A DNA stretch of 64,000 nt from contig OY782041.1 of assembly GCA_963677595.1 (NCBI GenBank), positions 2,880,001-2,944,000 on the forward strand. Reading direction: 5' to 3'. Every line of letters begins with the position of its first letter. The first letter of the stretch is position 1. Source of the DNA: Spirochaetia bacterium. GTDB taxonomy: Bacteria; Spirochaetota; Spirochaetia; CAKZLE01. The notes beneath the pieces are model-generated. The model searched no databases, was not told the DNA's origin, and was given only the letters and a program-made list of their open reading frames with translations. Of the stretch, positions 1 to 8,872 are shown one piece after another. The position numbers and the translations under genes are program-made.

Positions 1-19
1 TGAATTCCATCATTCTCGA
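1..19 (+). repeat. Left att-like direct repeat (copy of ssb 5' coding sequence)
   Basis: TGAATTCCATCATTCTCGA is identical to 11832-11850 inside ssb (within codons 4-10). It diverges immediately after and may extend upstream of the window. Confidence 0.85.
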
Positions 20-454
20 CGTAAGAACAAGTAAATATTTACCAAATAACGAGTTAACTAGGTGTGGCTAAGCAAATTTTGGTGGTGGCTAGTAGGATTA
101 TCTGATGCAACCTTTTGCCACAAACTCATGCTTTGCTTAGAGATAATAGGGTATAGGAAAATAACAGAAAAGGGTAGCGGCTAAGAAGTTTATGGGGATT
201 TGCCACATCAAAACTCATACATCATTTATGAATGATATTGAATCTTGAGAATAAACTCTTTTGTAAGGCTAAATATAATGGGTAGTGGCTGAAACGAAGG
301 AGTTATTGATATTGAGAGTACTGACAGGTTTGTTGGTGGATAACGAGTTTCTTGGATTGATTTCTTCATGAGGTTGTTATACTCTATCTGTAAATGAGTA
401 AATAGTTCTATAACGTAACTCTTTATAAAGTGTATGGGATAAAGTGGGGGAACT

Positions 455-3400
455 ATGCTCAAAAGAACTCAAGTCGTATTTATCATACTGGTATTAGCTT
501 ACATATTCAGCTCAATCAGTTGTGATCTACTAAACGGAATCTTAGATTCTACAGGAACAATAACTGGAAAGGTTACCTTTTCTAATAGTTCAGACCATGC
601 AGGCATAGTTATCTCGTTAGAAAGTAAAGAAGGTGAGATCACAAAAAGTGTATCTCATGCTCTGCAGGGTGATACTAGATCCTTAACATCTCGATCTTTA
701 TCCGATCAGACAACCACCAATTCAAATGGTGAATACCAATTTATCGATGTACCTGAAGGGGATTATACCCTGTATGCATCTTCCCAGGATTCATCAGAGA
801 AAGCCGTCTATACCTCAATCCATATTGATAAAGGTAAAACAGTCACTGCCCCTGATCTGCAACTTACTTCTGTAGGGAGTATTCATGGAAGAATCGTGTT
901 GGATGGAACAGCGACTGGGAATATTGGTTTTATAATTTTTATTGCTGATACTTCCTATATGGCAATTACAGGAAATGAAGGGAATTTTACCATATCTGAA
1001 GTTCCCTCTGGAAATGATTATGATCTTGTTATTATGCGAGGTACAGATACTTATAGTTGGGATAATGTATCCGTATCTGCGGGCTCCATAACAGAACTGG
1101 GAACAAAATACTTATTATCAGAAGATTTTCCTGGAAGTATTACTATCGCATGGCAGGGTTCACTGGATGCTCCCCCGGTTAACCCTGAACTCTATTGGGC
1201 ATACTACAATATGACTGATGGTGTCTCATATCTCTATACGGGAAATGGTGAGTGGCAAGTCCTCGCGCAAAATGGTGAAGACGGATCTGCTGGTGAGACA
1301 GGAGCTGCCGGAGCAGACGGGATCTCGATTATCTGGAAAGGTGGATATGCTAATGTGGCAGATATGTTGGCCGCATTAGGGGTAACCAAGCCAGAAGAGA
1401 ATTGGGCATACTACAACAGCACAGATGGGATTTCGTATATCTATGATGGATCAGACTGGAACATCCTTGCCCAGGATGGATCAGATGGAGCAGATGCTAT
1501 ATCGATCATATGGCTGGGAGAGTACAGTAGTGCACCGAGTGGAGCAAGCCTGAACAATGCCTACTATAACACCTCAAATGGTAATTCTTACATCTACAAC
1601 GGTAGTTACTGGGATCTGTTGGCACAGGCAGGATCAGATGGTGCTGATGGAGAGACAGGGGCAACGGGGGCAGCAGGAGCTGACGGTATCTCGATCATCT
1701 GGAAGGGAGAGTTGACTGAAGCGCCGAGCAGTCCTGAGGTTAACTGGGCATACTACAACAGCACAGATGGGATTTCGTATATCTATAATGGATCAGATTG
1801 GAATATCCTGGCGCAGGATGGAGCCGATGGAAGTGATGGAGTTGATGGTGCAGATGGTGCAGATGGTGTATCAATCGTCTGGCTGGGCGAGTATAGCAGT
1901 GCGCCAAGTGGAGCAAGCCTGAACAATGCCTACTACAACACCAGTGATGGGAACTCATATATCTATAATGGCAGTAGCTGGGACTTGCTGGCAGCGGCAG
2001 GTGCAGATGGAGTTGATGGTGCTACAGGTGCAGATGGGGCGGACGGGATCTCGATTATCTGGAAGGGCGAGCTTACGGAAGCGCCGATCAGTCCTGAGGT
2101 TAACTGGGCATACTACAACAGTACCGTCGGAATCTCCTATACCTACGATGGAAGTCAGTGGAATATCCTGGCCCAGGACGGATCAGACGGAGCGGATGCG
2201 ATATCGATCGTATGGTTGGGAGAGTTTAGCAGTGAGCCGAGCGGGGCAAGCCTGAACAATACCTACTACAACACGAGTGATGGAAATTCCTATATCTATA
2301 ACGGAAGCAGCTGGGACCTGTTGGCAGCGGCAGGGGCAGACGGAGCTGACGGTGAGACAGGGGCAGCCGGTGCGGACGGGATCTCGATCATCTGGAAGGG
2401 AGAGTTGTCTGATGCACCGAGTGACCCTACAAATAATTGGGCATATTATAATATAGTTGATGGTATTTCTTATATTTATGATGGATCAGACTGGAACATT
2501 CTGGCCCAGGACGGATCAGACGGAGTGGATGCGATATCGATCGTATGGCTGGGAGAATCCAGTAGTGCACCGAGTGGATCGAGCCTAAATAATGCGTACT
2601 ACAATACGAGTGATGGGAATTCATATATCTACAATGGCAGCGACTGGGACCTGCTGGCAGCGGCAGGGGCAGATGGGGCTGATGGGGAGACTGGAGCAAG
2701 TGGAACCGATGGAATATCAATTATCTGGAAGGGAGAACTTTCTTCAGCACCGAATAGTCCTGGAGTTAATTGGGCTTACTATAATAGTTCTGATAAAAAG
2801 GCTTGGATATGGAGTAATAACTCTTGGAATTTATTAGTTAATGATGGGAATTCATTATTGTATATTTCTTTTTATAATAATAATGCTACTAGTGGATATT
2901 TACCTGAAACTATTTTTGGATATGAAGGAGATCAATATGGAGTACCCCAAAATTCAAGAGGATTAGAAAAAGTGGGGTATTCTTTCTCAGGTTGGAATTC
3001 TAAATCTGATGGATCTGGAGATGATTATATATTAGGATCATACTATATGTTTAGTAATGAGTCATTAAGACTTTATGCACAATGGACTCCAAATAACTAT
3101 AAAATCTATTTAAATGTCCAAGGTGGGGATCTCCTTGAAAATGATTCTTTGGTAGTTACTTATGATTCGTTTTATGGAGACCTACCAACTCCTACAAGAG
3201 CTGGATACAATTTTGATACATGGTGGATTGATACCGAAATTACATCTACAACCATTGTTAAAATACCATATAATCATGTTATTGACGCTCATTGGATACC
3301 TAGAACTGATACAAAGTATCTAGTTGAACATTATCAACAGGATGTGAGTGGGGATGGATATACCTTGGTTGATTCTGACATCCTGACCGGTACGACAGAA

Positions 3401-5035
3401 GCTACAGCAACAGCTGAAGTAAAGGCATACACTGGGTTTCATGAAAATCCAATCCATGAATTGCGAGTGTCTAGTGGGGAAATAAGAGGAAATGGATCTC
3501 TTGTTTTGAAACTTTATTATGATAGAGATAACTTTACCGTAAGTTTTAAAAGTAATTGTAACAGTATTGTTGATGATATTGAAGGTGTGAGATATCAGGC
3601 AACAATAAGTGAACCAGAGTTACTAACAAAAATTGGATATACTTTTAACTATTGGTATAAAGATATTTTTTCTTGGACCCCCTTTAATTTTTCATCAGCT
3701 CAAATAACTAGCGATCTTATATTAACTGCTAATTGGTCCGCAAATACTGATACTCAATATAAAGTAGAACATTACCAACAAGACATTTCTGGACCTGGGT
3801 ATACATTATTTGAGACAGAATATTTAACAGGTACAACCGATAGTGAAGCGCTGGCATACTCGAAATTCTATTATTATTTTAGAAATACTAATGATGATAT
3901 ATCCATCTACCGTAGTAACATTTATGGCGATGGGAGTTTAGTCCTGAAGATATATTATTACCGTAACACTTATACAATTAGTTATAATAGCAATGGTGGT
4001 TCTATTATTGAGGATATGGAAGCACGGTATGATTCCACACTGAATGAACCAATTCCTACAAGAGAAGGGTATACATTTTCTGGTTGGTTTAAAGATGATG
4101 ATCTGACTACAACTTGGGATTTTAGTAGTGAAAAGATAGAAAGAGATATTTCTTTATATGCCAAATGGACTGCAGATGAACATACTTTGTATTTATTACC
4201 AAATGGTGGAATTGGTACAATGGATTCAATTACTATTAAAACTAATGAGAAAATACAGTTGCCAATTTGTAGATATACTCAAGAAGAATTTGGTTTTTAT
4301 GGCTGGTCTGAGACAAGTCAAGGTGAAGTCGATTATAGTGATGAAGGATTCTTTACAATGGGACCTACTGATGCTGAACTATATGCAATTTGGGGACCCT
4401 TTGCAGTAGGTTTTAGAGGTCAAGCTGGCGGATATATTTTCTATGATGATGAAGCCGATGGTGTTGATAATATACCTGGTTATCGTTTTCTGGAATTAGC
4501 TCCTTTTGGGTGGTATGACACCGATGGGGATGGAGAATATTGGGAAGATCCTGACCCTAGACTTTTTCAATGGGGAGTTAATGGGTATTATATAACACCA
4601 AATGGAACAGCACCTGAAATTGGTGCTGGCTTGACTAATACTATAAATATTGTAAATTTTCATAATAATTTAGGGACAGAAGGTTATATTGGATATGATG
4701 AAGGTTGGGGTAGTTTCTACGAAAATCCACAAAACTATTTTAGAATGAATGATGGGAGTGTAATTGCTAAAATATGTACTGATGCCGTAATTAATGGGTA
4801 TGATGATTGGTATTTACCTTCAATAGATGAATTAAAAGAAGTATCAAAACAATTATACTCAAATGGAAAAGATAATTTTGTAGAGCTATGGTATCGATCT
4901 TCAACAGAAAATTCTACCACAACTGTAAAGTCAATATGGATGGAATATGATGTCATAAATGAATATACCGAATTGTCTCATGGCATGTTTAAGTATTTTG
5001 ATCTTTACCCATTTCGACCAATTAGATATTTTTAA
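455..5035 (+). CDS. Large surface lipoprotein/adhesin: carboxypeptidase-regulatory-like domains, collagen-linked Trp/Tyr repeats, InlB B-type repeats, C-terminal DUF1566-like domain
   Basis: Signal peptide with lipobox-like SISC; G-X-X linkers (GADGADGETG); PTREGYTFSGW...LYAKW repeats; GYDDWYLPSIDEL...RPIRYF C-terminus. Confidence 0.85.
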   Translation: MLKRTQVVFIILVLAYIFSSISCDLLNGILDSTGTITGKVTFSNSSDHAGIVISLESKEGEITKSVSHALQGDTRSLTSRSLSDQTTTNSNGEYQFIDVPEGDYTLYASSQDSSEKAVYTSIHIDKGKTVTAPDLQLTSVGSIHGRIVLDGTATGNIGFIIFIADTSYMAITGNEGNFTISEVPSGNDYDLVIMRGTDTYSWDNVSVSAGSITELGTKYLLSEDFPGSITIAWQGSLDAPPVNPELYWAYYNMTDGVSYLYTGNGEWQVLAQNGEDGSAGETGAAGADGISIIWKGGYANVADMLAALGVTKPEENWAYYNSTDGISYIYDGSDWNILAQDGSDGADAISIIWLGEYSSAPSGASLNNAYYNTSNGNSYIYNGSYWDLLAQAGSDGADGETGATGAAGADGISIIWKGELTEAPSSPEVNWAYYNSTDGISYIYNGSDWNILAQDGADGSDGVDGADGADGVSIVWLGEYSSAPSGASLNNAYYNTSDGNSYIYNGSSWDLLAAAGADGVDGATGADGADGISIIWKGELTEAPISPEVNWAYYNSTVGISYTYDGSQWNILAQDGSDGADAISIVWLGEFSSEPSGASLNNTYYNTSDGNSYIYNGSSWDLLAAAGADGADGETGAAGADGISIIWKGELSDAPSDPTNNWAYYNIVDGISYIYDGSDWNILAQDGSDGVDAISIVWLGESSSAPSGSSLNNAYYNTSDGNSYIYNGSDWDLLAAAGADGADGETGASGTDGISIIWKGELSSAPNSPGVNWAYYNSSDKKAWIWSNNSWNLLVNDGNSLLYISFYNNNATSGYLPETIFGYEGDQYGVPQNSRGLEKVGYSFSGWNSKSDGSGDDYILGSYYMFSNESLRLYAQWTPNNYKIYLNVQGGDLLENDSLVVTYDSFYGDLPTPTRAGYNFDTWWIDTEITSTTIVKIPYNHVIDAHWIPRTDTKYLVEHYQQDVSGDGYTLVDSDILTGTTEATATAEVKAYTGFHENPIHELRVSSGEIRGNGSLVLKLYYDRDNFTVSFKSNCNSIVDDIEGVRYQATISEPELLTKIGYTFNYWYKDIFSWTPFNFSSAQITSDLILTANWSANTDTQYKVEHYQQDISGPGYTLFETEYLTGTTDSEALAYSKFYYYFRNTNDDISIYRSNIYGDGSLVLKIYYYRNTYTISYNSNGGSIIEDMEARYDSTLNEPIPTREGYTFSGWFKDDDLTTTWDFSSEKIERDISLYAKWTADEHTLYLLPNGGIGTMDSITIKTNEKIQLPICRYTQEEFGFYGWSETSQGEVDYSDEGFFTMGPTDAELYAIWGPFAVGFRGQAGGYIFYDDEADGVDNIPGYRFLELAPFGWYDTDGDGEYWEDPDPRLFQWGVNGYYITPNGTAPEIGAGLTNTINIVNFHNNLGTEGYIGYDEGWGSFYENPQNYFRMNDGSVIAKICTDAVINGYDDWYLPSIDELKEVSKQLYSNGKDNFVELWYRSSTENSTTTVKSIWMEYDVINEYTELSHGMFKYFDLYPFRPIRYF
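1139..2848 (+). repeat. Intragenic array of ten ~45-aa modules separated by collagen-like linkers
   Basis: Alternating ISIIWKGEL..NWAYYN..WNILAQDG and ISIVWLGE..LNNAYYN..WDLLAAAG modules. Confidence 0.9.
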
Positions 5036-5069
5036 CATCAAAAAAAGTTTAGAGTGATAATCATCAGCC

Positions 5070-5245
5070 GAGACTGGAAACTTAACTGTGTAACTGCCTA
5101 TTCCCATCAATCTACAATCCTATCTTCATATTCGGTGAAGAAACCGATTCATCGCTGGACCCCAATCCCTGATTGGCATGGTCCAGCGCCGTGAGGCCTG
5201 CTGAACAGCCAAATACACGATCTTCAAAGTTGGTGTGTCATGATC
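5070..5245 (-). pseudogene. IS256-family transposase C-terminal remnant with right end
   Basis: LKIVYLAVQQASRRWTMPIRDWGPAMNRF resembles the IS256 C-terminus; followed on the minus strand by TTACACAG...CAGTCTC end-like sequence. Confidence 0.75.
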
Positions 5246-5645
5246 TATTCCACCTACTATCAACATAACACTTACGGCAGCAGTATTTTCGACCTTTCCC
5301 GTAAGCGATGAATGTCTTACCGCAATGCTGGCATACAACGCTATAGGTAGCTCGTTCAACTCCTGATTTCAACTGCCCGAATCGGTTCCACCAATTATTG
5401 ATCTCCACATTAAATTAAAGCAAAACTGACGAATAGTTTTAGCAAGAAAAAACCGTAACATGGCATGACTGCTTGTGTATGAAATATTGCCTCCAGCTGA
5501 GAAGAAGCGCCCATACCAAGGAATCCACCATGCATCTGCAAAGACTTTCTTAGAATTAATCACACATGAGTTTCATAGAATTATTCTACGTAGACATTTC
5601 AACAATCATGTAGGATGAACAACCGATTCGGCAATTGTTTGAACA

Positions 5646-5670
5646 CAGCTCCCACCGGTAGTAGGAGCTG
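5646..5670 (-). terminator. Hairpin downstream of transposon operon
   Basis: CAGCTCC...GGAGCTG stem just after the ORF4 stop. Confidence 0.4.
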
Positions 5671-5702
5671 CTGAAGGGCGAGTAATCGGGTCGTTGTGAG
5701 TA

Positions 5703-6050
5703 TCAGCTGGAGAAGTCGAATTCCTGCTGGATTGGTGAATCAGCGGTGGTTGTATCTGTCAACCACAGATGGGGGACGATCACTTGGCAAATCTGAGTGA
5801 ATAGCCTGCTGAGTGAATCGTCAAGTGTGGAGAAATAGGAACGATACAGCCAATGCAGCCCTTCAGGGATTCCTGTAACATGCAGGAGCTGATCCTCAAG
5901 TTCAAGAAATGCTACGGACAGCTGTTCCAGGGTTTCTATGGTACGGGAAACAGTCCTGTAGGCGGCTCTATCATCCTGTTCAAGCGTAGTAAGGAGCTGC
6001 TCAAGATCAAAGCCCTGTGTAGATGGAACGATCACGGTATTCATCAGCAT
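5703..6050 (-). CDS. Hypothetical helical protein, fourth gene of transposon operon
   Basis: ORF overlaps the ATPase stop; ends QQEFDFSS; no family recognised. Confidence 0.6.
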   Translation of the reverse strand: MLMNTVIVPSTQGFDLEQLLTTLEQDDRAAYRTVSRTIETLEQLSVAFLELEDQLLHVTGIPEGLHWLYRSYFSTLDDSLSRLFTQICQVIVPHLWLTDTTTADSPIQQEFDFSS

Positions 6051-6865
6051 TGCCACCACTCCTTTGTCACGATCCGAATTACCTCAGGGGTAATGACCTG
6101 CAATTTCTCATCCATGCCATGTTTCAGGGCTAGTAAGCAGATGGTATTGATGTTTCGCGGGATACCGCCTGAAGCCTGGGTAACGGCAATTACTGCTTGG
6201 GAAGAGAACAAGTCCTCCTGTCCTCCGGCAACTGTGGTCATGTGGTGTTTGACATACTCAATACATTCCTGCTGAGACATGCTCCGAAGATTATATCCAT
6301 TCATGACCCGATTCATCAGTGGCCTGGCATAGGGATTGCGCAGCTTGTCGAACAGGGTATCCTGCCCACACATGACGATGGGCAGGATTCTGCTGTCATT
6401 GGGATTCTGCTGGCAGAGGAGATGGAGTTGCGAGTAGACACTCGGCTTGAATAGGTCGCACTCATCGATGAACAGCACCGGGCTTCGGCCATCGGCACGA
6501 ATCTGAGAAAAAGCCTCATAAAGCTGCTTGAGCATGGTCGTCTGCTGGTTCGTTCGTGCCGAGATCCCGACGGCATGCATGCATTGCCTGAGCATCTCCG
6601 TGAAGCTCCAGGAGCCGCCACAGATGTGGATGACCTGGTACTGCTTCTTTGACAGCTGACTGATGGTATACCGCAGGGCTGTGGACTTTCCAGACCCTAT
6701 CTCACCGATGATCGCGAAGATCATGGCATGAGCGATAGCGAAGACACAGCGCTCACTGATCTCGATCATGGAGGTAACGGTATACAGCTGATCAACCGGC
6801 ATGTGGCTGGCAAAGGGCTGACGCTGGAAACCATAGTAGGTCTTGATGTCATGATTCTTATTCAT
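6044..6865 (-). CDS. ExeA-like AAA+ ATPase (transposition helper)
   Basis: YYGFQRQPF N-terminus, Walker A GEIGSGKST, Walker B LFIDE, GGIPRNIN. Confidence 0.9.
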   Translation of the reverse strand: MNKNHDIKTYYGFQRQPFASHMPVDQLYTVTSMIEISERCVFAIAHAMIFAIIGEIGSGKSTALRYTISQLSKKQYQVIHICGGSWSFTEMLRQCMHAVGISARTNQQTTMLKQLYEAFSQIRADGRSPVLFIDECDLFKPSVYSQLHLLCQQNPNDSRILPIVMCGQDTLFDKLRNPYARPLMNRVMNGYNLRSMSQQECIEYVKHHMTTVAGGQEDLFSSQAVIAVTQASGGIPRNINTICLLALKHGMDEKLQVITPEVIRIVTKEWWQC

Positions 6866-8112
6866 CGCACACCTCCGGTGGTGGCTGCCGGCAGCTCTTG
6901 ACGGTGCGCCTGTGAATTAGCAATCTGATCACAGAGCGGAAGGAATCCAAGAGAGGTATCTTCATAGAAGGCTTCTACATGTGCCGGGTCAGAGAATCGA
7001 AGATCGAGGGTGAGGCCAGCATAGCCGAGGGGAACCTCATACAGATGATTGTTAAGACTAACCGTTCGTGCTAAGGACACTTTCCTCTTCACGTGAGACC
7101 GGAAATAAGGCAGCATCTCTGGTGGAGCAGGTCTCACGGCCTCGATCTCCTGAAGATACACCTGTAAAGGGCTATCCTGGATGCCTGAATGAAATCTTCG
7201 ATTGTACTGCTGCAGGTAGGTCATCCAGGCTTTGTTGAGCTCATAGAGCGAGATAGGGGACGTGCCGATCGTCGGGAGAAACTGCATGCGAACCGTTGAG
7301 AAGAATCGCTCGATTTTTGCCTTCGATGCCGGCGAGTACGGTTTCGCGAAAGATAGCTGAACCTGCAGAGATGCCAATCCAAGTTTCAGTCGGTGGTCTC
7401 TCATGGCCGAACCGTGGTCCGTGAAGATCTTACGGGGTAACCCCCGTGCGGAAAAGGCTTTGATAACGCAGTCGATCAGGCTCTCTGCTTTTTCGTCTGG
7501 ATAGAACTGGGCATAGGTAATGAGCCGGCTCTTGTCGTCAATGAGCGCCCACAGCTTTGCGGAGATCGTTTTCTCCCCTCCGGCGACCATGATGGTGACC
7601 TTTGGACCATTCATCGCATCCAGCATCCAACAGTCGTTGCAGCTGGCCATGCTGAATCGCCGCATGTCTTTCGTCCGTTTTGCCGTTTGATCCCGATCAT
7701 AGGATTTGAACATCCGATAGATCACTGACATCTTCACCGTTTCATGGGGAAGGAAGATCCCTTCTTTGATCGCCATCGCTACCAATGTCGTGAGCTTTAC
7801 CTCGGGATGCTGATCACGGAAATGCCGCAAAGCTACTTCCGTCTCACTGCTTACGCTTCGATGATGCCCCTTGTCTTCGCGAGATGCAGGATACAGATCT
7901 TCGATCTCTTGATGCTGGCTATACCGTCGAAGCCAGTTATACACCGTCGCTTTGCTGATGCGAGTCCTCTCGGAGAAGGGAATCTCATACGATTCTGCAC
8001 AGATCTTCTCGACGATCTGGCTCTTCTCTCCCCATTGCAGACGCTCATCGAGCAAGGGGAAGATAATGCCGAATCGAAACAATGCGATCTTCTCTTGTTT
8101 CATCCTGTCCAT
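6862..8112 (-). CDS. DDE integrase/transposase (rve core, Mu-like C-terminus)
   Basis: IALFRFGII N-terminus, HTH, WMLD, LIDDKSR, IFTDHGS, KAKIERFFSTVR; AGGAGG RBS before ATG 8112. Confidence 0.9.
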   Translation of the reverse strand: MDRMKQEKIALFRFGIIFPLLDERLQWGEKSQIVEKICAESYEIPFSERTRISKATVYNWLRRYSQHQEIEDLYPASREDKGHHRSVSSETEVALRHFRDQHPEVKLTTLVAMAIKEGIFLPHETVKMSVIYRMFKSYDRDQTAKRTKDMRRFSMASCNDCWMLDAMNGPKVTIMVAGGEKTISAKLWALIDDKSRLITYAQFYPDEKAESLIDCVIKAFSARGLPRKIFTDHGSAMRDHRLKLGLASLQVQLSFAKPYSPASKAKIERFFSTVRMQFLPTIGTSPISLYELNKAWMTYLQQYNRRFHSGIQDSPLQVYLQEIEAVRPAPPEMLPYFRSHVKRKVSLARTVSLNNHLYEVPLGYAGLTLDLRFSDPAHVEAFYEDTSLGFLPLCDQIANSQAHRQELPAATTGGVR

Positions 8113-8141
8113 GGTTACCTCCTGATAGTTGGTTAGGTATC

Positions 8142-8723
8142 TCACAGCCTATCGTAGTCACCGGAAGATATGCAGAACAGAAACTGGTAGGCAGCCCCCG
8201 GAGGTTTGAAGGTTCGCACCTCCATAACCCCCTGAAGCGGCTTGGTGACCATTCGAATGGAGAGAGGAGCCGTGATACAGGATCTTGGGCAGGAGAGCTC
8301 CTGCAGGTCGAATCCCTTCAGGTGGTACAGGTTCTCCTTAATACTTGCTCGTTTGATCAGGTGATCTCTCCACTGTCGTTGAAGCGTCTTGTTGATGGGG
8401 ATGTGGTTCCCCATATGTCCGGTTTCACACGCTGCAGAGAGTACGGCTAAGATGGTTTCAAGGCTATAATTCTTGAATACATGTACCCAGATGGGCAGTA
8501 ATGTAAAGGTGAGAAAACACTTAGGGCACCGTTTCCTATGGATCCAGAAGCAGTACTCCTGTTTCTCGAGATCAACGAGGAAACGAAGCCTCCAGCCATG
8601 ACCATGCAGGATCGTGCCACAGCAGGGGCAAGTCATACTGGGCATGATACCTACATCTGGAGGATCAGAACAGGGATTCTGGACTTGAACTTTTTCGAAA
8701 TCTACGTCAATCTGGATGAGCAT
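8142..8723 (-). CDS. DUF6431-like zinc-finger protein
   Basis: CPCC...HGHGWRLR...RKRCPKC..TFTLLP..YS pattern, typical upstream of DDE+ExeA pairs. Confidence 0.75.
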   Translation of the reverse strand: MLIQIDVDFEKVQVQNPCSDPPDVGIMPSMTCPCCGTILHGHGWRLRFLVDLEKQEYCFWIHRKRCPKCFLTFTLLPIWVHVFKNYSLETILAVLSAACETGHMGNHIPINKTLQRQWRDHLIKRASIKENLYHLKGFDLQELSCPRSCITAPLSIRMVTKPLQGVMEVRTFKPPGAAYQFLFCISSGDYDRL

Positions 8724-8872
8724 TTATTGCATGTGAGGAGAAGCGCACATCTTTCCAGGGACGGTGCTTCTCCTCTTTCCTTTTTACGAGAGTTCCTCTA
8801 TTTTACCACAGATTATTCGCTCTAAGAGATTGTGTGATTTTCTAGCTTATTTTTACTAAGATAAGTTACAGG

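Larger units (their letters stand above)
5537..8870 (-). mobile_element. Four-gene DDE transposon (DUF6431-like, DDE transposase, ExeA-like ATPase, small ORF)
   Basis: Coupled operon; right end reads TGTAACTTATCTTAG inward; TCTTAG-AAT / TAGAA-AATCACACA motifs recur in inverted orientation near 5548-5585. The left boundary is approximate and no TSD was seen. Confidence 0.65.

Noticed and set aside
1139-2848. CRISPR-like repeat array
   Set aside because: The repeats are long, in-frame and degenerate at synonymous positions; no spacers or cas genes.
4780-5035. DGR variable region in the DUF1566-like C-terminus
   Set aside because: No reverse transcriptase and no adenine-variant template repeat found in the window; action in trans cannot be excluded.
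5089-5095. TGTAACT as the left end of the DDE/ExeA transposon
   Set aside because: It lies within the IS256-type end, similarity stops after 7 bp, and there is no TSD.
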